Shown here in pieces: positions 14,503-26,355 of a stretch of 64,000 nt of DNA. A program made the translations under genes and the position numbers. This DNA comes from Vicugna vicugna (taxonomy: Eukaryota): the NCBI GenBank assembly GCA_013265495.1, contig MU058257.1:689418-753417 (forward strand). Reading direction: 5' to 3'. Position 1 is the stretch's first letter. Each line of letters starts with the position of its first letter. Below the pieces are notes generated by a model that was given only the letters and a program-made list of their open reading frames with translations, was not told the DNA's origin and made no database searches.

Positions 14503-14658
14503 CTTCCGAAATGCTGCTCTGCAAGACGCTGTAGTTTGCCGAGAAGCCCTCCTTGGCGATGGCGCTGTCCGTGTAGAAGACCATGGACAGGATGCCGGAG
14601 GAGGCGCGGATGCGACCTGGGGTTTTCTGCCCACAGTAATGCCCGATGTGGGGACCCA
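14503..14658 (-). CDS. NRP1: Neuropilin-1 coding exon (exon 5 equivalent), C-terminal part of CUB a2 domain
   Basis: ctgcag|TG GGT CCC ... TCG GAA G|gtcagt, 156 nt, phase 1-1. Encodes (V)GPHIGHYCGQKTPGRIRASSGILSMVFYTDSAIAKEGFSANYSVLQSSISE (inside ORF 14354..14773). Confidence 0.97.
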
Positions 14659-17600
14659 CTGCAGAGGGAGAGACGCAGAGACCATGAAAATGCCTCCCCT
14701 TCTGCAGCAGATGCAAGCATAGCCATTTGCAAACATGGGCCCCAGCGGAACCCAGCAGTGTTTTCCTACCCAAAGCAAGTCTTCCCTGCTTAATTGGTTG
14801 GCAGTGAACATATTGGATCGGGTTTGCGGAGAGGATTTTAAAGTGTGCTCAGAAGGGCCATAACAGCCATCACTGCGCTCCCCAGTGAGCAGGACTGTGT
14901 TCAGGAATAAAACCGAAATGCTCGCTTTGACTGCAAAGGAGATTCGGGCTGTCAAGTGGCATCCTGGCATCCGTCTCCAGGACCGCATGGTGCACACACA
15001 CAGTCCAGCGCCCAGAAGCTGCAGCTAGGCTGTGATCGCCCATTGAGGACTCTTGGAGTCACCTGCCCCATTCCCCCCGGATGGGAATGTTCCAGAAACC
15101 AGTCCTGGCACCAGGGCAGTACCAAGATCAGACCTAGTCCTGGGGAACCCCCATTTCCTTCCTCTTTCCATCTTTCAGTCCTGGAGCCTGGCTGTGATCA
15201 ACATCACAGTCTCAGACAATCTTATAGGATCCTGTCCCACTAAGGGCGTTCCCTGCAGACGAGTCAGTAACTAACAATTAAAGAATTTTAGAAACTATAG
15301 ACACCGACGATGTGTGCATAATAGCAGATTGTAAGCAAAACAGAAGAAAATGCAGCTTTCTCACTTCTGGCCCAGGGTCTTCTCTCCCAAACCCGAGAGA
15401 GAGGACTGCATCACTCCTGTGTCCAGGGGCCAACTGCCAGCTGTCTTGGACACGGTGCAGAAGCCCCCTGTGCTTGGAGAATCTCTCCATCCCCTGTCTG
15501 CAGCAGCAGCAAGACAAAAAGCAGACAAACAAACAAACAAACAAAAACCACCCCAAAACCCAAACCCTTTTCTCTAGATTTTTTTCATTGCACATATGGT
15601 AAAAACATGGCAGATGGTTTGGGCTTAGAAGAACAACCTGGTTTGGGCCATTTTCCCTTCCCAGAAATCCACGGTTCTGTGCATTCCAACTAAGAGTGAT
15701 TGCTTTGTTCAAGGAGGCACAGTGCATGGACCTTTCTCTGGAGGGATGGGCTTTCCGCAGGGATGTGGTGTTCCAAGGCCTATGTGTGCCCCTTGGATGC
15801 AGAAGGCAGCTGGAGAGGGCTGGGAGAAGCTTCCGGTGTGACTGAGAGCGCGAACCCCAGAAGAGCTGGTCTCCCCGGGACCCCACCTGCCAGCTGGGCT
15901 CCTGGCAGGCGGCTATCTGAGCACCCTGCCTTTTATAGCACTCAGATCCTGGGCTAACAGGCTTTCAGTTCTTGGCTGATCCTCCTTTTTTTTTTTTTTT
16001 TTTTTTTAAAGAAACTAAACCAAAGTGGTTTACTATTTGAGTTAGTGCAAAATGGCAGCTTTGAATATCTGATAAGTTCTCCAGGCACTCGAAGGATTGG
16101 ATGTGACTGAATTTAGATTTCTCTCTCCATCCTCCCTTCCTCTCCAGCACCCACACATCTGTGTGAGTCGCCCACTGGCTTTATTATGAGGAGAGCAAGG
16201 AGGCTTCCTGTTGAGGGGATGGGTACAAATGATCCACAAGGTGCCACGTGGCTGTGGGCGGCGGCTCTGCAGAACAGAGGAGAAATGTCATGATGGTAGG
16301 CTTCCCAGCTGGCAGAAGAAAGCATTTCAGATGAAATTCTCACTGCTCTCCGTTTCTCTTCAGTTTCAATCCTGGCCCCAGGCCTTCTTCATTCTGAATA
16401 TGGCCCCACCACCAATGCCACACTTTCTTTCTTCCCGATGTAGCGGAGCGCAGTCGCCCTTAACATGTGCGTGAAAATACCTTGTGAACCAGCAGCTCAG
16501 GCCTCTCCTCTCCCCGGAGAGAACCCGCTTCTGGTCTGCACTCTCAGCGGGAGGCTTAGTCTCTTCATTCTCCCTCGTTCTTTCCCCCATTTAAATTCCA
16601 TCATTGTCCTTTCTTAACTTCCTTTGTCTCTCGTTTGTGGGCAAACTTTTACAGCCTTCATCCTCGGGGTCATTCTCTGATCGCCAAGCCACTGACCTTA
16701 CCAAGAATACAAGCACACAAGGCAAGCTGCCGTCACCCCCCGAGCTCCGGGCCGGCCCCGCTCTGCCCACCATCGCCAATTCCTCTGGGGAGGCCGAGAG
16801 GGGAGTCTCTTTGAAAGAGGAAACAGAAGAGAACTTGTCTGGTGCAGACCCATAATTTAGAGAGTCTGCATGACTCACTGGTTTATAATGCTGGAGACAG
16901 GCTGGGTAAATCTGCCTTCTGTCCTTTCGAACATCGCCCCCGGACAGCAGCGTGCGACTCTCTCTGGGAGCCCTCAAGATAGGAGAGTGAAAGGCTTCTT
17001 CGACTGTCATACAAAGAGGTATTGAATCTCCCTGGACGACTGCGCTGATGCAGTGCTGGTCTGAGCCGGCGTGGAGGGAGTCCCCTGGTCCGGCTCGTAC
17101 GTGCGCTCGCCTGTGGACGGGCACGGTCACGGCTCCTGGGGTCCCTACTTCCGTGACTGGGGAGCCGAAGGCTAAAGAGAGGAATGCAATGTCACAAAAG
17201 CAGAAGTGTAATTCCAAACTGGGAGGACTGAAGAGTTGAAGCCGGCAGCGCGTACTCAGCTCTCTCCTGGGAGAGAGCAGGACTGTGATCTTCATATATT
17301 CTCCGGGGTGGAGGTGACACAGTATTCGTGCTGTTTGGAAGATACAGCTGCAACGGGAAGTGCTCACCCCATTTATCTTCCCACTAATCCTTCCGTTAAT
17401 TCTAACCTGACCTCAGAATCAGACAGTTTTTTTTTTCTGCCATCTTTTTAGGTGAAAAAGAAAAAAAGGGGCAATAATCGACTATAAAGAGGTACTTTCA
17501 AAACAAGGTATTTTGAACAAATAAACAAAAAAGGGGACACTTCAAAATGGCATAAGACTGGCCAGGTATACTTTTTTTACAATAAGAAACCTTTTGGCGG

Positions 17601-19359
17601 AGAATATCTGGATGTTGCAACTTTTCCCCAGAAAAAAAAAATTTGCTTATTATGTCATCTATGTTTTGGAATGTTTACACTTTATATTTGTATCATTTAT
17701 GTTTTCTATGTATATTTTAGAAGGTTAATATTCATAAAAACTAAATAAAAACCAAACAGAACTCAATCCCATGTTTATGAAGCTTATTCCTAGACTCGTT
17801 GATGATCTTCGGAGTGTGGGTTCCAGCCACGGTTCCAGCACTTTCCCCAGCCTGGACGGAGGGCTAGCTCCGTCTGCACCCACGTGGGGGGAGCTGGGTG
17901 TGCACATCTGGCTCCACAGTTCAGTACAAGCATCCTTGGCACTGACCAGGGCAGCGTGCGGCCCTCAAACCACATGTGAACTTCCACTGATGACTCCAGA
18001 GCTGCTCCTTGTGACTCCAGAGCTTCAGAGACAGGGACGGAGGGAGACGTGGGGCTTGCCACGTGCATGCCTCGGATCTGCACCCTGGAGTCAACTGTTT
18101 TGCTTCAAAGTCGATCTGAATCAATGGGTTGCTTTCAATTACTTGGTCGTCGAATTCAGTGCTTACGATAAAATGTAACATAAAGTCACTTGATGGTTAA
18201 AAGCCTTCAGTGCCTTCTGGTTGTTGTTTTTGGAAAGGCTGTCAAAGACGGGAAGCGATTTTGCTGGCAAGGAACTGTATGTGTTGAACCACCGGGGCAC
18301 AAATGTTTCTGGTGCCACTGATTAAAAAGCCCCACAAGGATGTGGTCTTGTCTTCTGTCTAAAAAAGAGTGAGCTGTTATGCTCATGTGGGCTGGACGAG
18401 GCCACGTGAATACTAACAAATATATGATCGCATTTTTCATATTCCAAAGCCAGTCTTCTCTGGGAATAAGTCAAACACACCATAGATTAAAACATGGGTG
18501 AATTGCGGAGATGACAAATTCCATTGTTACTTGTTCCTCGTTTCAACTCAGTGATTTTCTAGAACCAGAAAATTACTACTTTGGAAAACCCTTGACACTA
18601 ATAACAATGTGCTCCTTTCTCCATAAGTTGGTTGATTGGACCTTCTTTTCAGATGTCAGTTTAAATGTAAGTTCTAGAGAGGGAGGCTGTAAGTGTGGGT
18701 TGGGCACAAATAAACCCATTATTAAATGTTCCAACTATTATTACAGTACTATTATAATATTGTTTCCCTAATTATTGGATGGAGTACTTGGAAATCAATC
18801 AGTGCTCTGTTTGGGCAAATCTCATTACTTAATGAAGGAGTTTCGATAAGATCATCATAACGCTATTTACACGGTTAAAAAAAAAAAAAAGCAAAGCACA
18901 GGCTAAAATAATGAGAACTCATTCAATTTGCTCCAGTGACAACAGCGCTTTCTCTCCACCCTGGTTTCCTCCAGTGCTGTTTGCTGCTGGGGAGCGTATC
19001 CAAACTGAACTACGCTGACCGTGTTCATGTCATTTCAAAGAGAAAAGCAATCTCTTTCACGTTAGACTAGCTCTTCCTTTATGACTGACTTAAACAACCT
19101 TTCCTCCATCTTGACAATGACCTCTGCCTTCTAGACGGTTCTACATCCCCAACTGCATGATTCGGAACAAAGTCCAAGCTGCCCCTGCTGATCTGTGTAC
19201 AGTGTGTTCTTCAGAGAAATCTCCACACTAAACCAGACGAAACGCAAGACAACCAACGCAGATGCAAGAAATTATTTGATATTATCTCCTTCGGCTCAGA
19301 GTCGGTGTGTATTTTTGCTCTTCACATTCGAATCCACAAGGATTACAATGGAAAACTTC

Positions 19360-19860
19360 CACTGAACAGGCCACATGGCTCCCTCCCCCGCCTCCTTCAC
19401 ATCTTGGCTCAAATGTCACTTTTCCAGCGAGATCTGACCTGCCCGCCCTATTTAAAGCCCCCACCCCTCTCATCCCCCAACCCTAGCTCTTCTCAAGCCT
19501 TTACTCTAGTCCACTCTTTCTTCCTTTCATTTTTTTTTTTTTGTTTTTTTAATGCACTTTTCCCCTTCGAACTTTCTATGTACAGAAATCATTTGTAGTG
19601 TACACTGTTTTTTTTTTTTAAGTATTCCCCCCCCCTTTTTAAATGGAGGTGCTGGGGATTGAATCCAGGACCTCGTACACGCTAAGCACATGCTCTACCA
19701 CTGAGCTATACCCTCCCACCATGTACACTGTTTATTACCTCATCCCCCACTCCCCAGCAGAACCTAAACTCCACAGGGCAGCCATCTTTGCTTTGTTTGC
19801 CAAACACTATCTGGCACACAGCAGGCACTCAATAAATGCAGCTTTTGAGTGGACAATGAA
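19360..19860 (+). mobile_element. LINE-2 3' end remnant, interrupted by a SINE
   Basis: ggctcaaatgtcacttttcc... and ctggcacacagcaggcactcaataaatg match L2 3' motifs. Boundaries approximate. Confidence 0.7.
19611..19721 (-). mobile_element. tRNA-derived SINE with perfect 12-bp target-site duplication
   Basis: Reverse complement GGGAGGGTATAGCTCAGTGGTAGAGCATGTGCTTAGC...GGATTCAATCCCCAGCACCTCC. TGTACACTGTTT at 19599-19610 and 19722-19733. Confidence 0.93.
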
Positions 19861-20049
19861 TTTAGTTGATAGGAACAATGTATGTACCGCCGATGTATTG
19901 AGGCAATTCTAATCGATGAAGATAAAAATTCCCTTGTGCGCAGAGGAGGAAGCCGTCTAAATTGGGACCGTCCAAACGCTCTTATTCCTTTCCTAAATTT
20001 CTAAATGTTTTGGTAGCATAACAGGTGCAGATTTCACCATTACAAATTT

Positions 20050-20340
20050 GGCAGGTCCTTAACCTCTCTGCTCCTTAGCCTCCACGTTCGTGAAATGAAT
20101 GGTTTGATTTAATGGATGTCTAAAGAGCTCATTGTCTGATGAGCCTATGGATCAATGACCAGCAGGCCGTCAATGAAATGAGCAAAGCACTCTAGTCAGG
20201 AAGACCATGGTTTGGTTCCAGTTTTGTCACAAAAATAGTTCTAAGGCCTTGCATAGTCTTCTATGGACTCTCGTTTCCTTATCTATGAAATGAAGGAATT
20301 AGACTAGAAAATTAAGAATCTTTCTGGGCTCAAATATTTC
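20050..20340 (+). mobile_element. MIR remnants (probably two adjacent fragments) flanking exon 4
   Basis: cttaacctctctgctccttagcctccacgttcgtgaaatg and ggactctcgtttccttatctatgaaatgaaggaattagactag resemble the MIR core. Confidence 0.55.
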
Positions 20341-20501
20341 ATCGCTGCTCTGCAGAAAGAAAGTCACTGTTTGCTTTGTTTTGCTGTCTCCTTTTGAGCT
20401 TCTTTTTTAAAAGGGCTGCATGCATCGCGACGCCCATGAAAGGCTCCCAGTGCCCTCCCCCCAGGCCCCTCCCTCTGGGGGAGGCTCCCTGCCGTTCTCA
20501 C

Positions 20502-20729
20502 CATTGGGGAACCCATCCCAGATTTCTAGTCGGTCGTAGCGACAGATCATCCCCCCGGGAGGGTTCGAGTCAGGCTCCAGGTCAAAGCTTTCAAATTCCA
20601 GGATAATCTCCGACATCTTGGGTGCAAAGATGATATAGGTGCATTCAAGGCTGTTGGGATATTTTTCAGGGAAGCCAGGAGACTTTATCACCCCACTGGG
20701 CGCTGTGTAGTTCTGGGAACATTCAGGAC
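20502..20729 (-). CDS. NRP1: Neuropilin-1 coding exon (exon 4 equivalent), N-terminal part of CUB a2 domain
   Basis: tag|GT CCT GAA TGT ... CCC AAT G|gtgaga, 228 nt, phase 1-1. Encodes PECSQNYTAPSGVIKSPGFPEKYPNSLECTYIIFAPKMSEIILEFESFDLEPDSNPPGGMICRYDRLEIWDGFPN (inside ORF 20407..20769). Confidence 0.97.
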
Positions 20730-21777
20730 CTATGAGCAAAAGAAAAAAGGAGCAAAGTGAAGATTCCACTTACACGGCCTTACCAAGAGACAACTGGGCA
20801 AAGAAGACAGCTTATCTTTCTAATAAAAGCCCTATTACAATCACTGTCCCAATCACTCTTTACTCGGCCTTTCTCAGGTGATGACAGGTATGGAAAATCA
20901 AGTTCAGATTTATTGTGTTCACCTTCGTTTCCCATTTGTGGGGAGCAATTTAAAAACTTCTGCTGCTGCAGAGGGGAAAAAAATGACAAATTCAAAACCA
21001 GGTGGGAGCAATGAATGAGTGAGCTACAGAAATCTCGACAGAGCCCTAGAGAAATAATTATAGCCCCTTCCAGCTTAAATCTTTAAATCTTAGGCTGACA
21101 GCCCTTTATTGGTGAAATTGAACATTTATAAAGGCGAGGGAGAGAATTCAGTGGAGGGAGTTTGGGTTTCAGATTCCTACCCCAGTGGCTCAGTAACTCT
21201 GCCAGATGTGACCTCTGCCTCTTTGACAAACTCAATGTGAAAGGTAGTGTACCCGGGGTGGGTGACTCATTCGGAATGGTGTTGACACAGGTGTGCCAGT
21301 AAAGCACAGCGGTTAGTGGGGGCATGATAAACTGGGGTCACAGGTCCTCTTGCCAGAAGTCACCTGATACCAATGTTGACATCCTAACCCTCCCCGAAGT
21401 AGCAGGTACAGTACAGCCGGCCACTCTAAACTTATCTGTCAATGTATGTGAGTGTGTGTGACGTATATATTTATAATGTGTAATTTAAGTGACTGCTCGG
21501 TGTTATCAAGACTACAAATTATGGTGATTTGTAATTTAAATTGGTCTAGCACATGCATATATAGATTGCAAGTCGACCTGATGACTCTGAATGACCACAA
21601 TTTCCAGTCATGGAATTAATGCAGAAGGGGGTGGTGTTCACTGCACTACTGAAAACTGCCATCTACACGGATGGGGTTGTGAACACAGAAGCTCCAAACC
21701 TTATCACCACAACTGTGGCCATGGCTGTCAAAGCACTGGCTCCCACGGCTCTCTGCAAACCAGACATGATTTGACTT

Positions 21778-22015
21778 CTTTTTTTTTTTTAATTGAAGTA
21801 TCATCAGTTACAATGTGTCAATTTCTGGTGTCCAGAGTCTTGTCCCAGTCATGCATATATATACATACATTCGTTTTCATATTCTTTTTCACGAAAGGTT
21901 ATTACAAGATACTGAATACAGTTCCTGCACTCTTCAGAAGAAATTTGTTTTTTTAATCTATTTTTATGCATAGCGATTAGCATCTGCAAATCTCAGACTC
22001 CCAAATTTATCCCTT
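21778..22015 (-). mobile_element. LINE-1 3' UTR fragment (sense to NRP1), intron 3
   Basis: (t)n aattgaagtatcatcagttacaatgtgtcaatttctggtgtccag...atctcagactcccaaatttatccc is the reverse complement of an L1 3' end. Confidence 0.88.
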
Positions 22016-23480
22016 TGGAATCCCAGGATCCAACCTGGGGATGTTCAGCTCGGCAGTTCTTTTCCTGGCCCGCTGTCTTACTGATGGGCACCCCGCACAC
22101 AAGGATTCAGCTCTAAATACAGAGGCTCGTTGAGGTTGCTCTCAACTAAATATTGTTTCCAAGGGGCAAGCACTAAAGGTGGCATATTAGACACCAAACA
22201 CATTAAATCTAACGAGCGGGTCTCTATTTTTGCGGTGAGGGCTGAAAGCTGAATCCCCGCCTGGGGGCCCCTGGCAGCCTACTGAGAAAACAAATCAATC
22301 ACTTTCTCCTCATGCACGGCTTAGACAGTCGTGGCACCGGAGAGGCGGGAAAACACCGCTTAGTGGACGGCAGGAGAAACCTGGTCTGTAGAGGTCTGAC
22401 CTGAAGAAAATACCTCCCAAAGCCTCTACCACGTGGCTCACCCTTCACCATGGTGGCCTCCAATGCTCACCTGCTCGATTCTGGTTAAGAACTTATTCAC
22501 AGGTGGCGTTCTGCCATGTTAATTTCAGGTAGAGAGTATGCAATGTGCCATGTGATTTGTAACATGTTTCTAAGCTATTTGGTGGCTTCTGAGATGACAG
22601 TGACTAAGCCAAGTTAAGTCAGTAATTCACAAAGTCATATCCGTCTGTCTATCTAGGTGTCTATGATTGGGAACCCTCTAGAATTTTATTTCTAAGATGT
22701 AAGAATGGTGACCCTGGTGACCTCCAACCTCCTCCCCAGGGCTTTGGCTGGCAGAGCGAGCAGCAGAGTGGATGCAGGTCCCAATACTTTCTCCTTCCTG
22801 AGAGGCTAAAATTATCCAGGTGAGGTTAAGATTTAATGAGAGAAACAAAAAAGGCAGGAATTAAGGACCTACTTTCAAAATCAGCTAAATTCCACTGCTT
22901 TCAGCATTCACCTGTGTCATGTCAGATGCCTTTGGAAGCCGGCCCAGGTTTTCCAAGGTATTTTGACAAAAGCCAGGGAGACCCCAGGGGGTGGTGGAGG
23001 AGAGCCGGACGGAGCCCCAGGACGTCTGGGTCCTAGTCCGGCCTTTGGCTGTGGCCTGCTCTGTAGCCTCAGTGGGCTCTTTACCTTCCTGGTCCTCAGG
23101 TTCTGTGCATCACAAGTGGGAGGGGGGCTTTAGGGTTTGAAAAAAAATAACCCTCTCAAACTCAAAGCTTCTGTAACTTCCAACCTCTTCCATTACACAT
23201 CAAAATTTGTTTTACTTGGGTTCTTATTCACTGTGTAAGTTTGCCACAATGAGGTAAGCACTTCCCTACAAAGGACCCTGGCAGGGGCTGTGATGAAGGA
23301 TCCTGGCTTGAGCACACCACATAAACAGGTGTGATGGGCGAGCAGCTCCCCGTGCCCAGGAGCAAGAGAGCTGCTGGTGAGGAGTGCACACACAGCCTTG
23401 GACAAGCGACACCACACTTGTGGTGTTATTTGTGAGACTGAGAGTGCCCTTTCCTTGTTAGGCATCCCTTTCCTTTTTAA

Positions 23481-24021
23481 GGACCATAAGGATGGACCAT
23501 AAGGTGAAGGACCATAAGGATGGACTATAAAGATGGACCATAAGGTTAAGGACCATAAGGATGGACCATAAGGTGAAGGACCATAAGGATGGACTATAAA
23601 GATGGACCATAAGGTTAAGGACCATAAGGATGGACCATAAGGTGAAGGACCATAAGGATGGACTATAAAGATGGACCATAAGGTTAAGGACCATAAGGAT
23701 GGACCATAAGGTGAAGGACCATAAGGATGGACTATAAAGATGGACCATAAGGTTAAGGACCATAAGGATGGACCATAAGGTGAAGGACCATAAGGATGGA
23801 CTATAAAGATGGACCATAAGGTTAAGGACCATAAGGATGGACCATAAGGTGAAGGACCATAAGGATGGACTATAAAGATGGACCATAAGGTTAAGGACCA
23901 TAAGGATGGACCATAAGGTGAAGGACCATAAGGATGGACTATAAAGATGGACCATAAGGTTAAGGAACATAAGGATGGACCGTAAGGTTAAGGACCACAA
24001 GGTTAAGGACCACAAGGATAA
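23481..24021. repeat. Higher-order minisatellite: 7 identical 69-bp units (five 13/15-bp GGACCATAAGG-based monomers each) plus a degenerate tail
   Basis: Unit = ggaccataaggat ggaccataaggtgaa ggaccataaggat ggactataaagat ggaccataaggttaa, starting at 23481, 23550, 23619, 23688, 23757, 23826 and 23895. Four diverged monomers follow at 23964-24021. Confidence 0.97.
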
Positions 24022-24727
24022 TGTTAAGAGCTAAGATACTCTCTCTGGAATTATTATTAAATATACAAACTCTTAATCAAATAACATATGAACCGACCAA
24101 TCCTGCTCTCAATAAATACCATCCCTTTCCCTCGCTGAGACCCATGGGAACCAGCTATGGCTTCTTCCAGCATCTGGGCCTGGGTTATCCAGGCCCAGAG
24201 AAGGACAGGGAAGAGTTGGAGGTGGGCTCCAGGAGGCATGGGGAGGGGGGTACTGGCTACCGCTGTCAAGCAAAGGTGGGTCCTCTAGAAATGCAGCCCT
24301 TGGGAGGCAGCCATGGTCCAACTCTCCCTTAGAACTGTCATCTCCTGCCAGGAAACATCAAGGTCAGCAGGGAAAAGATGAATGTATTGGTACAACTATG
24401 ATTAGTCTAATTTGCATGTTTTGAGGAAACTTGAAGTTGCTGCATCCCAGAAGAAGTGCTGTGTTTTCAAAAGAGCAGAGATGCTATGATATCACTAAGT
24501 GGCTTTGGAGGAAGGAGCGCCCATGAACTTGCCTATGGGTGCGTAAGGCACTCTACCAGGTAACGGTCTCCTACGGAGTATCGGCAAGGACCACGGTGTG
24601 TGCAGTGAGGGAGAAAGAAAGGGGCTTCCGTTGTTTTAGATGGTAGTGATTTAGTCAGGAAACATGCACACATGGAGAAATTTTGAAGTATTCAGGAAAA
24701 ACAAACTGATTAATGAACCATAGTTTT

Positions 24728-24758
24728 GTGTGTGTGTGTGTGTGTGTGTTTGTGTGTG
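24728..24758. repeat. (TG)n microsatellite with one interruption
   Basis: tgtgtgtgtgtgtgtgtgtgtgtttgtgtgt. Confidence 0.9.
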
Positions 24759-25007
24759 TATACATACAGTATGAATACATGTACATTTGTGTGTGTGTAG
24801 AGGGGACAAGCTGGGTACAAGTGCAGGAAAATAAAAAGCTCCTTAATTTTCCTTAATTAAGAAGAACAATCTTAGAGCCAGGTTCCGGGAGGTGAAGGTT
24901 TGATGATGACTGTCTGAGATGCTGTGTGCAGGATAAGTGAACAGGGCAAGAACCACCTATTTGGTCAATGGCAGCGGATGTGGAAAGGAAGCTGTGATTC
25001 CCTCTCT

Positions 25008-25078
25008 TCTTTTTAATTGAGGTCTAGTTGATTTACAAGATTGTATTAGGCGCAGGAGTACAACACAGAGATTCAAAA
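25008..25078 (-). mobile_element. Short LINE-1 3'-terminal fragment
   Basis: ttttaattgaggtctagttgatttacaagattgtattagg...gtacaacacagagattca resembles the reverse complement of the L1 terminus. Confidence 0.65.
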
Positions 25079-26355
25079 TATTTGAAGCCATGACTCTTTA
25101 GACCTTTGGGTGAAAATCCAGAAGAACTAGGAGCCACAATAGATGTAGGAAGGCAAGAAGAGAAAGAAGAAAATAAGGCTTCAAGCCTCAAGGCTGGCAC
25201 TGGAGACCGGGACAGGGAAAAGACGGTACATCGGAGACTAGTTAAGAAGTGTTGGGGGCCGAGTCCGCCTGGAAGGGAGCTGACGTCTTCTTAAGGACTT
25301 AGGGAACGCTCTCACCCTCGTTCTCCGTCAACCATCTTCAGATCTTTAAGAGATACTGACAACCAAAGGCAACCCTTGCCTCCCGTCCCAACACCTTCTT
25401 TCTTTGATGCTGTCATGTGCAGGAAAGTGAACAAGTGTGCGTGCGCATGTGTGTACATACACCCACGTGTGCAATATGATTCCTGTAAGTCAAACAGCTT
25501 TCAACACAAGGAAAGGCATACAGATGTAACTGTGTGATCTTAAGTCTGCTGCTGTCTTTACCAGAGGTTCCCTAAGCATGTGCTCAGATGAATTTCCAAA
25601 GAAAGCTCTCTGCTTCTCTCCATATTTATATGAGGCTGTACCATATTGCTTTGAAATTTAAAGAAGTTGTGCCAAATGTTCCCAGAAATGCTTAAAGTTC
25701 TTTTTGCTATTCTGGGTTACCACTGACCCAGGAGACCTGAGGCTTTTGCATTTGGTGTGGCTGGATTTTTTTTCTATTAAATAAAGCTCTTTCTCCTACA
25801 TTCCAGGACAATATGTTCAAATCTTGAGCCTCTGTCCTTGGAAGGTCTCCCCCACATTAATGTCAGTGTAAGAGAGAAGATTGATTTCAACACGTAGCAG
25901 GAATCTACAGGCTGTTGTGAAAAACTGTGACATCCAGATAAAGACACGTTGTTTATCAACTGACTGAAATGTGTGTTTAATTCCTCAAAGCGGGGACACT
26001 CTGTGATCTCAGATTCCACCCCATCCCAATACACACCATCATAACAGAAGATTAATAAATGATTACTTTGGAGGGGCAACTGATAATTCCTAAAGAGAAT
26101 GCCATTGAAAGCATGACTGCTTTGTTTCTTCCAAGAAGTTCTCTTCCCAACCATCCTTCCATTAACAGAAAGCCTCTTCTTCCTTCAGTAGCTTTAGAAA
26201 CTCTGTAAGTCAGGCCAGGGGACGGCTTTGCTCTTCCTGGGAACTATCCGTTTTGAATTTTGCAATAAAGTAAAGGAAATGGGGTGTACATGACTTTAAG
26301 GTAAGTGGGACTCATGCATTTCTAACAAAAGAAATCAAACTTCAAGAGCAGATCA

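Noticed and set aside
16591..17367. 258-aa minus-strand ORF in intron 4 (likewise 304-936, 9993-10583 and 15278-15886)
   Set aside because: No recognisable protein family, low-information composition, and lengths compatible with chance in GC-rich sequence when alternative start codons are allowed.
23458..24015. 185-aa hydrophobic repeat ORF (LWSFTLWSILMVLNLMVHLYSPS)n on the minus strand
   Set aside because: Starts at TTG and is open only because the 69-bp unit is a multiple of three with one stop-free frame. No synonymous variation or resemblance to a known protein; intronic.
23481..24021. CRISPR-like or CArG-box interpretation of the tandem array
   Set aside because: No unique spacers, no cas genes, and the DNA is mammalian. 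CCATAAGG has four central A/T bases, not the six of a CArG box.
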